In this document: one piece after another, positions 54,333-64,000 of the stretch
How the letters are laid out: every line of letters starts with the position of its first letter
How positions within the stretch are numbered: position 1 is the stretch's first letter
Assembly: GCA_964019425.1 (NCBI GenBank)
Contig: OZ025781.1
Location: 372,001-436,000 of the forward strand
From: Flectonema sp. DT1601
Taxonomy: Eukaryota
Reading direction: 5' to 3'
DNA: 64,000 nt
Position numbers and translations under genes: made by a program
Notes under the pieces: generated by a model
The model's input: the letters and a program-made list of their open reading frames with translations, nothing else
Database searches by the model: none
Told to the model about the DNA's origin: nothing

Positions 54333-54427
54333 GAGATACCATCACTCATGAGATACCAACGCACATACGAGATACCAGCACTCCAGAGATACCGACACGC
54401 TAGAGATACCAAGTCACTTGAGATACC
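54333..54427. repeat. Six GAGATACC motifs at 17-19-bp spacing
   Basis: Starts at 54333, 54350, 54369, 54386, 54403 and 54420. Confidence 0.9.
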
Positions 54428-55138
54428 CCCTTGTAAATTAATTCCCGGTATTTCAAATTTGAATTGATAGTGTCAACTCTGCTTGCTGCTCTTGTTAATG
54501 TGTTGTCTCCTGACAGTGATCTTAACTCCTGTAAAAAGAAAAAAAAAAAAGAAATCAAAAAAGAAGAATTTTCAAACGAAGTTATAACAACCCCTACCAC
54601 CCATTATGATCAATTCCGCTTGTTTTTTTTTTTTTTTTTTTTAAAACAAAAAAAAAATAAAAAATTATAAAAGATTAAACAATGTTATCATTGTATTTTT
54701 ATCGATCGACTATGTCGATTACTTTCTATTTTCCGTCCTGGTCAAGACGCTAAACTGATTGTTTTTTTTTTTTTCAAAATTAATAAAAAAGAATATAAAA
54801 AAAAAAAAAATAAAAAAAAGAATAAACAATGTTATCATTGTTTTTTTTATCGTTCGACTTTGTCGACTAATTTCTATTTTCCGTTTTTTTTCTTAAAAAA
54901 TAAATAAGGGAAAACCTCTAATTCAACAAAAATAGTTTGCGAAATCGCCAACTCCCTACAAAAAAAAGTTATCCACCAGGACTCGAACTTGACCCGAAAA
55001 ATTGACCATCGGCCGAAATATTAGGGAAAAAAGTTACCGCACCGGGACTCGAACTTGACAGATTTAAAAAAAAAAAAAATTCTTAATTTTTATTACAAAG
55101 TTTTTTTGTTGCAGCTTTCCACAAAAAAAAATTAAAAG

Positions 55139-57085
55139 ATGCCTGCTACTACTTATGCTGTTGGAGACTACTTCCGCACACAGGAAGAACTGATCCAGAC
55201 TGTGTTTCGGGTGAACACTGTGCTAGGACACAGCTGCAGGGTGCAGAGAAGGTGCCCCACGTACCTCACCCTCGCCTGTCCAAACGACGAATGCCAATGG
55301 ACGGTGAAGGCAAAGGTGGTGGAGGGGGAGTGCCGCGTGACGAAGGTGGAGAGTCACACTTGCGCACCTGGGGAAGCGAGGCGGGGCTGCGATGGCACGT
55401 CGGACTGGATTTCCAGTATTTTGGAAGAGAAGGTAGCCAGTCAGTTTGACTACGGGCCGAAACAAGCGGCAATTGACTTAAAGTCATTCCGCGACGTTGC
55501 GGTCCCCAAAAAGACTGTGGAGAGGGGTCTGGAGAAGGCCAAGGAGAAGGTCCACGGGTTGATGGGCGAGCAGTACGGCCTGATAGCACCGTACCTCACC
55601 GACCTCCAACAGCGCAACAGCCAGATGTACTGGAACATCGAGAAGAGAGATGATGGTGCTTTTGAGAGGGTGTTTTGGTCTTTTGTGAGGCCAGAAACAG
55701 CTGAGCACCTGGCACCTGTCATCTGCAGCGATGCATGCAGTCTGACGGGTCCGTTTGGTGGGTGCTTGTTCATCACCGTGGGGATCGACGCCGAAAGGCA
55801 TGTTATGCCTTTAGCCTACTCGGTTGGAGTGGTCGAAAACCACGAGGGATGGGCATACCACCACACCCACCTGAAGAACCATTTTGGCGACCGACTGAAA
55901 AGGTTCGTCTTGATTTCCGACAGGCAGAAGGGGCTGGAGTCCGACACCTCCCTGCACGGAGTCGTGTTGCACCATGCTTTGTGCGTGCAGCACTTGGTTG
56001 GCAACGTGGCCAGCCAGACGAAGATACCGAAGGTTGATGCGACGTTGTTAGTGTGGAAGATTAGCAAGCTAAGCATCGAAACAGAGGCCGAGACGTGCCT
56101 TCAAGGGATAAAGGACAAGTACGGAAAACGTGCCCATCGTTATCTGCTTAAGTCAAACCTTGAAAGGTGGTCAGACGCTTACTGGCCTTCGGGTGTCCCC
56201 AGATGCAACACCTACACCTCCAACGCGTCGGAATGCGTCAACGCCGTGTTCAAGGAGACTCGGCAAGGGAGTCTTTTATCTGTGATAAAGGACACCCATT
56301 GTTGGACAACGGACACCTACGCCAGCCGACGCGAGATGCATGCTGACGTTCCTGCGAACTATCCGGTTCCGACAGTGGAGTTGTTCGTTCGGGGGAGTGC
56401 CACCTCAGCAAACAACCATGCTGTCACACCACTGGGTGAAGGACAATGGGAAGTACGACGAGAACACGGGTGGTTGGTGTGTCTGAAAGATGGAACATTA
56501 GTGTGTGGCTGTCCTGATTTCCTCCGCCACAACCTACCTTGCATCCACACAGTCAGAGTATTGACACATCAGCGCAATAATGTCTTTACTCACGAAACCT
56601 CTTTGCCTCCCTACACCAGAATGAGCAGCTACAGAGAGCTCTACCGCGTCTCTGTGTACCCACAGGCGATACCTACCGGACAGCTTCAATTCGACGGCAC
56701 GAAACCCCCTGTTGTGCAGAAGGGTGTCGGGAGAAGAAGAAAGGTTCGGATTCGCTCCAACGGTGAATCAAGGACCCTGACGTGCTCCAACTGCGACGCT
56801 AAAGGTCACAACAAACGAAGTTGTCGGAAACCAACCTCGCAATCATCAAAGCCAGCAGCAAAGCCAGCAGCGAAGAAAGCAGCAGCAAAGCCAGCAGCAA
56901 AGCCAGCAGCAAAGCCAGCAGCAAAGCCAGCAGCAAAGCCAGCAGCAAAGACAGTCAAGAAGAAGCGAAAGCGATGTGAATCCTCTGATTCGGACTCACA
57001 ATCTTTAAGTGCACAGTCATCCTACTCATCTTACTCAACTTCAACGACAGAGTCTTACTCAACTTCAACGACAGATTCTGACTGA
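55139..57085 (+). CDS. MULE/MuDR-type DDE transposase (648 aa)
   Basis: N-terminal C..C.W...HTC DNA-binding motif, CSDAC, ISDRQKGL, CVQH, TSNASECVN, SWIM CGC...LPCIH, knuckle CSNCDAKGHNKRSC and PAAK repeats. Confidence 0.95.
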   Translation: MPATTYAVGDYFRTQEELIQTVFRVNTVLGHSCRVQRRCPTYLTLACPNDECQWTVKAKVVEGECRVTKVESHTCAPGEARRGCDGTSDWISSILEEKVASQFDYGPKQAAIDLKSFRDVAVPKKTVERGLEKAKEKVHGLMGEQYGLIAPYLTDLQQRNSQMYWNIEKRDDGAFERVFWSFVRPETAEHLAPVICSDACSLTGPFGGCLFITVGIDAERHVMPLAYSVGVVENHEGWAYHHTHLKNHFGDRLKRFVLISDRQKGLESDTSLHGVVLHHALCVQHLVGNVASQTKIPKVDATLLVWKISKLSIETEAETCLQGIKDKYGKRAHRYLLKSNLERWSDAYWPSGVPRCNTYTSNASECVNAVFKETRQGSLLSVIKDTHCWTTDTYASRREMHADVPANYPVPTVELFVRGSATSANNHAVTPLGEGQWEVRREHGWLVCLKDGTLVCGCPDFLRHNLPCIHTVRVLTHQRNNVFTHETSLPPYTRMSSYRELYRVSVYPQAIPTGQLQFDGTKPPVVQKGVGRRRKVRIRSNGESRTLTCSNCDAKGHNKRSCRKPTSQSSKPAAKPAAKKAAAKPAAKPAAKPAAKPAAKPAAKTVKKKRKRCESSDSDSQSLSAQSSYSSYSTSTTESYSTSTTDSD

Positions 57086-57247
57086 CTTACTGGCCACTGA
57101 CTTGTTCAACAATGTTTATCCCTCTCTAAAAAGAAAACTCTGATTGCCATATGCATGTGTTTTGACACTTTTGCCACGTCTGGTCTTATTTTGAATTGCC
57201 TTTGTCACGCTCTCTTTTTCCATCAGGTTTTGGGTAAAAAAAAAAAA

Positions 57248-57320
57248 GGTCGTATCGGGATTCGAGCCGGGTACCTCTGGGATATAAGGTGGAGGTACTA
57301 CCTCTCGACTAACGGGTCGC
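57248..57320 (-). promoter_or_regulatory. tRNA-like Pol III promoter unit (A box, B box, oligo-T) in the MULE subterminal region
   Basis: Minus strand reads TAGTCGAGAGG (A-box-like) ... GGCTCGAATCC (B-box-like) at tRNA spacing, followed by a T run. The acceptor stem does not pair. Confidence 0.55.
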
Positions 57321-57939
57321 TGTAAAAGAAAGTTTTATTTATTTATTTAAGTTTTTTCCCTCTTTTTATTCATATCGGGGTGGGACGTTTTTTTTTTTGT
57401 GATGAGTTGGCGATTTCGCAAACTATTTTTGTGGAATTAGGGGTTTTCCCAATAAATAAAATGAATTTAAAAAAAAAAAAAAAAAAAAAAGAATAAACAA
57501 TGTTATCATTGTTTTTTTATCGATCGACTATGTCGATTACTTTCTATTTTCCGTCCTGGTCAAGACGCTAAACTGATTGTTTTTTTTTTTTTTCAAAATT
57601 AATAAAAAAGAATATGAAAAAAAAAAATAAAAAAAAGAATAAACAATGTTATCATTGTTTTTTTATCGTTCGACTTTGTCGACTAATTTCTATTTTCCGT
57701 TTTTTTTCTTAAAAAATAAACAAAAAGAATTTAAAAAAAAAAAAAAAATTTTTCGATAAAGTGGGAAGTAACGGACTGGGAGCTTTTGGCTCCTGCCCTA
57801 TTCCCGATGTAAACTTTCTTTTTATTTTTATTTTTTTTTAACAGGCCCAAAGGGCGACAATGATGGTTGCTGACCAAGGAATAATATTCAAATGAATTTT
57901 CGTTTCAAAGAAACGAACAGAATTAAGAGAGAGGCAGAG

Positions 57940-57971
<32 letters not shown>

Positions 57972-58294
57972 GAAAGAAAAAAATGAAGAGGAAATAATCA
58001 AACATGAAAAAAAAAAAAAAAAAAATATATAAATAAAAAAACGTTGTATGAAAAAGGAAAAAAAAGAAAAAAAAAAGACCAGAAAAGGAAAGAGAAAATG
58101 AAAAGGTATAATATTATTGTGGGGATATGAGGGATAGCAGGGAGATGCTCTTTTTTTTTTTTTTTTTTTTTCTTATTTATTATTTAAAAAAAGGAAACAA
58201 TCAGTTTAGCGTCTCGATCAGGACGGAAAATAGAAATTAATCGACATAGTCGATCGATAGAAAAAAAAAAAACAGTGATAACATTGTTTATTCA

Positions 58295-58326
<32 letters not shown>

Positions 58327-61003
58327 TTTTTAATTATTTTAAAGAAAAAACAATCAGTTTAGCGTCTTGATCAGGACGGAAAATAGTAAGTAATCGACAT
58401 AGTCGATCGATAAAAAAAAACAATGATAACATTGTTTATTCCTTTTTTTTTTTTTTTATTCTTTTTATTTATTTTTAAAGAAAAAACAATCAGTTTAGCG
58501 TCCTGACCAGGACGGAAAATAGAAAGTAATCGACATAGTCGATCGATAAAAAAAACAATGATAACATTGTTTATTCTTTTTTTTTTTTTAATTTAATTCT
58601 TTTTATTTATTTTTAAAAAGAAAAAAAATGGAAAATAGAAATTAGTCAACAAAGTCGAACGATAAAAAAAACAATGATAACATTGTTTATTCTTTTTTTT
58701 TTTTTTTTTTTTATATTCTTCTTTATTAATTTTGAAAAAAAAACAATCAGTTTAGCGTCTTGACCAGGACGGAAAATAGAAAGTAATCAACATAGTCGAT
58801 CGATAAAAAGAACAATGATAACATTGTTTATTCTTTTTTTTTTTTTATTTTAAATTCTTTTTATTTATTTTTTAAAGAAAAAAAACGGAAAATAGAAATT
58901 AGTCGACAAAGTCGAACGATAAAAAAAAACAATGATAACATTGTTTATTCTTTTTTTTGTATTTTTTTATATTCTTTTTATTAATTTTGAAAAAAAAACA
59001 ATCAGTTTAGCGTCTTGACCAGGACGGAAAATAGAAAGTAATCGACATAGTCGATCGATAAAAAAAACAATGATAACATTGTTTATTCTTTTTTTTGTAT
59101 TTTTTATATTCTTTTTTTATTAATTTTGAAAAAAAAAACAATCAGTTTAGCGTCTTGACCAGGACGGAAAATAGAAAGTGATCGACATAGTCGATCGATA
59201 AAAAAACAATGATAACATTGTTTATTCTTTTTTTTTATTTTAAATTCTTTTTATTTATTCTTTAAAGAAAAGAAACGGAAAATAGAAACTAGTCGACAAA
59301 GTCGAACGATAAAAAAAAAAACAATGATAACATTGTTTATTCTTTTTTTTTTTTTTTTTTTTATATTCTTTTTTATTAATTTTGAAAAAAAACAATCAGT
59401 TTAGCGTCTTGACCAGGACGGAAAATAGAAAGTGATCGACATAGTCGATCGACAAAAAAACAATGATAACATTGTTTATTCTTTTTTTTTATTTTAAATC
59501 CTTTTTATTTATTTTTTAAAGAAAAAAAACGGAAAATAGAAATTAGTCAACAAAGTCGAACAATAAAAAAAACAATGATAACATTGTTTATTCTTTTTTT
59601 TTTTTTTTTTTTTATATTCTTTTTTATTAATTTTGAAAAAAAAAACAATCAGTTTAGCGTCTTGACCAGGACGGAAAATAGAAAGTGATCGACATAGTCG
59701 ATCGATAAAAAAACAATGATAACATTGTTTATTCTTTTTTTTTATTTTTTAAAGAAAAAAAAAATAAAAAAAAGAATAAACAATGTTATCATTGTTTTTT
59801 TATCGATCGACTATGTCGATTACTTTCTATTTTCCGTCCTGGTCAAGACGCTAAACTGATTGTTTTTTTTTTTCAAAATTAATAAAAAAGAATATAAAAA
59901 AAAAAAATAAAAAAAAGAATAAACAATGTTATCATAGTTTTTTTTATCGTTCGACTTTGTCGACTAATTTCTATTTTCCGTTTTTTTTCTTAAAAAATAA
60001 ATAAAAAGAATTTAAAAAAAAAAAAAAAAAAAAGAATAAACAATGTTATCATTGTTTTTTTATCGATCGACTTTGTCGACTAATTTCTATTTTCCGTCCT
60101 GGTCAAGACGCTAAACTGATTGTTTTTTCTAAATAAATAAAAAGAATAAAAAAAAAATAAAAAAAAAAAAAAAGATTAAACAATGTTATCATTGTTTTTT
60201 TTTAACGATCGACTATGTCGATTACTTTCTATTTTCCGTCCTGGTCAGGACGCTAAACTGATTGTTTTTTCTTTAAAAAATAAATAAAAAGAATAAAAAA
60301 AAAAAAAAAAAAAAAAAGAATAAACAATGTTATCATTGTTTTTTTATCGATCGACTATGTCGATTACTTTCTATTTTCCGTCCTGGTCAAGACGCTAAAC
60401 TGATTGTTTTTTTTTTTTTTCAAAATTAATAAAAAAGAATATGAAAAAAAAAAATAAAAAAAAGAATAAACAATGTTATCATTGTTTTTTTATCGTTCGA
60501 CTTTGTCGACTAATTTCTATTTTCCGTTTTTTTTCTTAAAAAATAAACAAAAAGAATTTAAAAAAAAAAAAAAAAAAAAAGAATAAACAATGTTATCATT
60601 GTTTTTTTATCGATCGACTATGTCGATTACTTTCTATTTTCCGTCCTGGTCAAGACGCTAAACTGATTGTTTTTTTTTTTCAAAATTAATAAAAAAGAAT
60701 ATAAAAAAAAAAAATAAAAAAAAGAATAAACAATGTTATCATAGTTTTTTTTATCGTTCGACTTTGTCGACTAATTTCTATTTTCCGTTTTTTTTCTTAA
60801 AAAATAAATAGAATTTCGATAAAGTGGGAAGTAACGGACTGGGAGCTTTTGGCTCCTGCCCTATTCCCGATGTAAACTTTCTTTTTATTTTTATTTTTTT
60901 TTAACAGGCCCAAAGGGCGACAATGATGGTTGCTGACCAAGGAATAATATTCAAATGAATTTTCGTTTCAAAGAAACGAACAGAATTAAGAGAGAGGCAG
61001 AGA

Positions 61004-61036
<33 letters not shown>

Positions 61037-62401
61037 GAAAAAAAAAAATGAAGAGGAAATAATCAAACATGAAAAAAAAAAAAAAAATATATATATATAA
61101 AAATATAAGTAAAAAACGTTGTATGAAAAAGGAAAAAAGAAAAAAAAAAGACCAGAAAAGGAAAGAGAAAATGAAAAGGTATAATATTATTGTGGGGATA
61201 TGAGGGATAGCAGGGAGATGCTCTTTTTTTTTTTTTTTTTTTATTTATTATTTAAAGAAAAAAAAACGGAAAATAGAAATTAGTCGACAAAGTCGAACGA
61301 TAAAAAAAAACAATGATAACATTGTTTATTCCTTTTTTTGTATTTTTTTTATATTCTTTTTTATTAATTTTGAAAAAAAAACAATCAGTTTAGCGTCTTG
61401 ACCAGGACGGAAAATAGGAAGTAATCGACATAGTCGATCGATAAAAAAAACAATGATAACATTGTTTATTCTTTTTTTTTTTTTTTTTTTAAAATTCTTT
61501 TTATTTATTTTTTAAAGAAAAAAAAACGGAAAATAGAAATTAGTCAACAAAGTCGAACGATAAAAAAAAACAATGATAACATTGTTTATTCTTTTTTTTT
61601 ATTTTTTTTTTTTTTAATATTTTTTTTTATTTTGAAAAAAAAACAATCAGTTTAGCGTCTTGACCAGGACGGAAAATAGAAAGTAATCGACATAGTCGAT
61701 CGATAAAAAAAACAATGATAACATTGTTTATTCTTTTTTTTATTTTTTTTTTTTTATATTCTTTTTTATTAATTTTGAAAAAAAAACAATCAGTTTAGCG
61801 TCTTGACCAGGACGGAAAATAGAAAGTGATCGACATAGTCGATCGATAAAAAAACAATGATAACATTGTTTATTCTTTTTTTTTATTTTAAATTCTTTTT
61901 ATTTATTCTTTAAAGAAAAGAAACGGAAAATAGAAATTAGTCGACAAAGTCGAACGATAAAAAAAAACAATGATAACATTGTTTATTCTTTTTTTTTTTT
62001 TTTTTTTTTATATTCTTTTTTATTAATTTTGAAAAAAAAACAATCAGTTTAGCGTCTTGACCAGGACGGAAAATAGAAAGTGATCGACATAGTCGATCGA
62101 TAAAAAAACAATGATAACATTGTTTATTCTTTTTTTTTATTTTAAATTCTTTTTATTTATTCTTTAAAGAAAAGAAACGGAAAATAGAAATTAGTCGACA
62201 AAGTCGAACTACTTTCTATTTTCCGTCGAACTACTTTTATTTTTTTTTTTTTTCTTTAAAAATAAATGAAAAGAATAAAAAAAAAAAAAAAAAAAAGGAA
62301 TAAACAATGTTATCATTGTTTTTTTTTTATCGATCGACTATGTCGATTACTTTCTATTTTCCGTCCTGGTCAAGACGCTAAACTGATTGTTTTTTCTTTA
62401 A

Positions 62402-64000
62402 CCCATTAAGGACGGGGGGTCCACTACAGTGGTTATTTTGAAATTTTATTTTCGCTAAGGGGAAAACCCGGCTAACGCTACCCAGGGGGGGTGTAATCGA
62501 GGCCGTTTCGCGACGAATCTTGGGTGGGATGGCGTGGTTCGCTGTGTTTTTATTCATGAAATTCAAAACTAATAATCAAAATTTTACCACCTAACAAGAA
62601 GTTTCGTGTGCCTGTTGAAATTGATACAAGTTCGGCGTCCTATGAAAGTCTGATGATGATGGATTCTGTATCGGAGTCGTCATCTGACAGCAACACAGCA
62701 AAGGTATCAAAGTGGGGGGGCAAAACCAAGAGAATCCCCAGGGAAAAACGGAAAGGACCTACCCAGAGTGTGAGCGACTTTAATGAAATGAACGAATTGA
62801 AGGTATCCAACTCATTTTCACTGATCATGTGCTTAAAATGATATTTCGACACACTCTTGCCTACCCGATTGACAAAGAGACGTCCATGAAGTCACTAGAA
62901 GTTGGTGAACTGAAATGCTTTCTCCGTAATTTCCACACTGCTAACAAACACATTCCTGCTTCTTATGTTCATAGTCTTGTTAAACCCCATAATAATAAAG
63001 GGCATTGGGTGACGTTTGACAATTTCAATTCGTCATACGCATTTCTTGTTTTGATGTTAGCGAAAGGGTTCCACTGTGTTGGAACAGCCTGACGGAACAG
63101 AAAGGGAGTTCTGTTGATGTTACAAAACCGAAGGCTACCCCTGGACCGGGACGACTAAGCAAATCGGAAGTGAAAGAAAGACCGAAGAATCTTTCTGCTT
63201 CTTACCTTCAGTCAAGCACGGCATCCACCATATAAAGTGGAGAGACTCAAAGGATGTGCATCTTTTCAGTACTCTTCCCTTACGTGAGCACTGTGTCGAT
63301 GTATATCGCTGGATTAGGAAGAGAAATAAAAAAGAAAAAGTGCCGATCAAACTACCGTGCAAGTAGACAGGTACACCAAAACGATGGGAGGTGTTAACCT
63401 GATGGATAGCGTGAAGGGAAGGGCGAACAGAAACCTTCAAACTAAACGATGGCATCTAAAGGTTTTCGACTACTAGCTGAAAGTTTCAATGTTCAACACG
63501 TTTACCCTTCAAAAGAAATGCGGTAAGGATACTGGTACCTACATACGGTATGTAGAGGAGCTCGCTATGCAACTCGTCAGTGACGGGACGTCGAGAGACA
63601 AGACAACCAATACTACATCTACTATTGACTCGGGTTCGCACTTTTCACACATGTTCAGCACCACTGAGCACTATCCATCAATATTTGGCGCTGCTAAACA
63701 ATGTAAGTATCACAATACTCGAGTGAGGACTACTTATGGATGCCAGGGGTGTAAGGTTTTTATGTGTCCTGCACCCTGTTTTGGCAAATACCACTTAAAT
63801 CTTACAAAGGGGAGAACATTTGCGTCCCATACCACCACCTCTGTGTCGGGAGGTGCTATCCGGGAAGAATGTACGAAGGGGAAGACCCCTGCACTCACAA
63901 CAACATCAAAATTGAAGAGGCGCAGGGAGTCATAAGAACTGAGCTTATTGTTGTCTTTGGTGGTGTTTTCATTTGTTCTGTTCACCCTTTAGGTGGTGAA
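62402..64000 (+). mobile_element. Decayed piggyBac element (left end and transposase pseudogene); runs off the window
   Basis: TTAA (62398-62401) followed by CCC. Broken frames carry GHWVTFDNFNSS, GFHCVGT, WRDSKDVHLFST, MGGVNLMD, KRWHLKVF and the Cys-rich CQGCKVFMCPAPCFGKYH. Confidence 0.88.

Larger units (their letters stand above)
54908..57450 (+). mobile_element. Apparently intact Mutator-like (MULE) DNA transposon
   Basis: 47-bp TIRs at 54908-54954 and 57404-57450 (gggaaaacc(t/c)ctaattc(a/c)acaaaaatagtttgcgaaatcgccaactc, 2 mismatches). 9-bp TSD aataaataa at 54899-54907 and 57451-57459. Confidence 0.95.
54670..62401. repeat. Foldback repeat block 2: three-hairpin arrays in alternating orientation with heads at about 57750 and 60811, interrupted by the MULE
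   Basis: Reverse 54670-54907 and 57451-57748; forward 57749-59750; reverse 59760-60810; forward 60811-62208; reverse 62209-62401. Confidence 0.92.

Noticed and set aside
57248..57320. Functional tRNA gene
   Set aside because: The acceptor stem does not pair and there is no canonical anticodon arm; only the promoter-like boxes are retained.
48709..62401. CRISPR array
   Set aside because: The intervening sequences are A/T homopolymer tracts rather than unique spacers, no cas-like ORF is present and the context is eukaryotic.

Overview
Eukaryotic, AT-rich genomic DNA with two distinct halves. (1) From 1 to about 42.2 kb there are at least 12 protein genes, all on the minus strand: SERCA-type Ca2+-ATPase, C2-domain membrane protein, GGKG-repeat protein, FYVE protein, DUF268-like methyltransferase, rotatin-like protein, ATAD5/Elg1-like AAA+ ATPase, CaMK-like kinase, dephospho-CoA kinase, CDK-like kinase, TRIP12/Ufd4-like HECT ligase and a transmembrane FG-nucleoporin-like protein. 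Several are split by short GT-AG introns whose 3' ends are A/C-rich rather than pyrimidine-rich. A unidirectional cluster with cis-introns suggests a euglenozoan such as a diplonemid, but that is inference only. (2) From about 42.8 to 64 kb, upstream of the cluster, lies a transposon and repeat domain: a degenerate Mutator-like element, a LINE RT fragment, an RLE-endonuclease fragment, an apparently intact MULE (47-bp TIRs, 9-bp TSD, tRNA-like Pol III boxes) and a decayed piggyBac. Several of these sit inside a foldback array of three-hairpin repeat units. The stems of those units show compensatory changes and strand-biased G-U pairs, and the array brackets an orphan coiled-coil ORF. This structured repeat plus ORF is the best candidate for an undescribed element. 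Exon structures were worked out by hand and no database searches were run.
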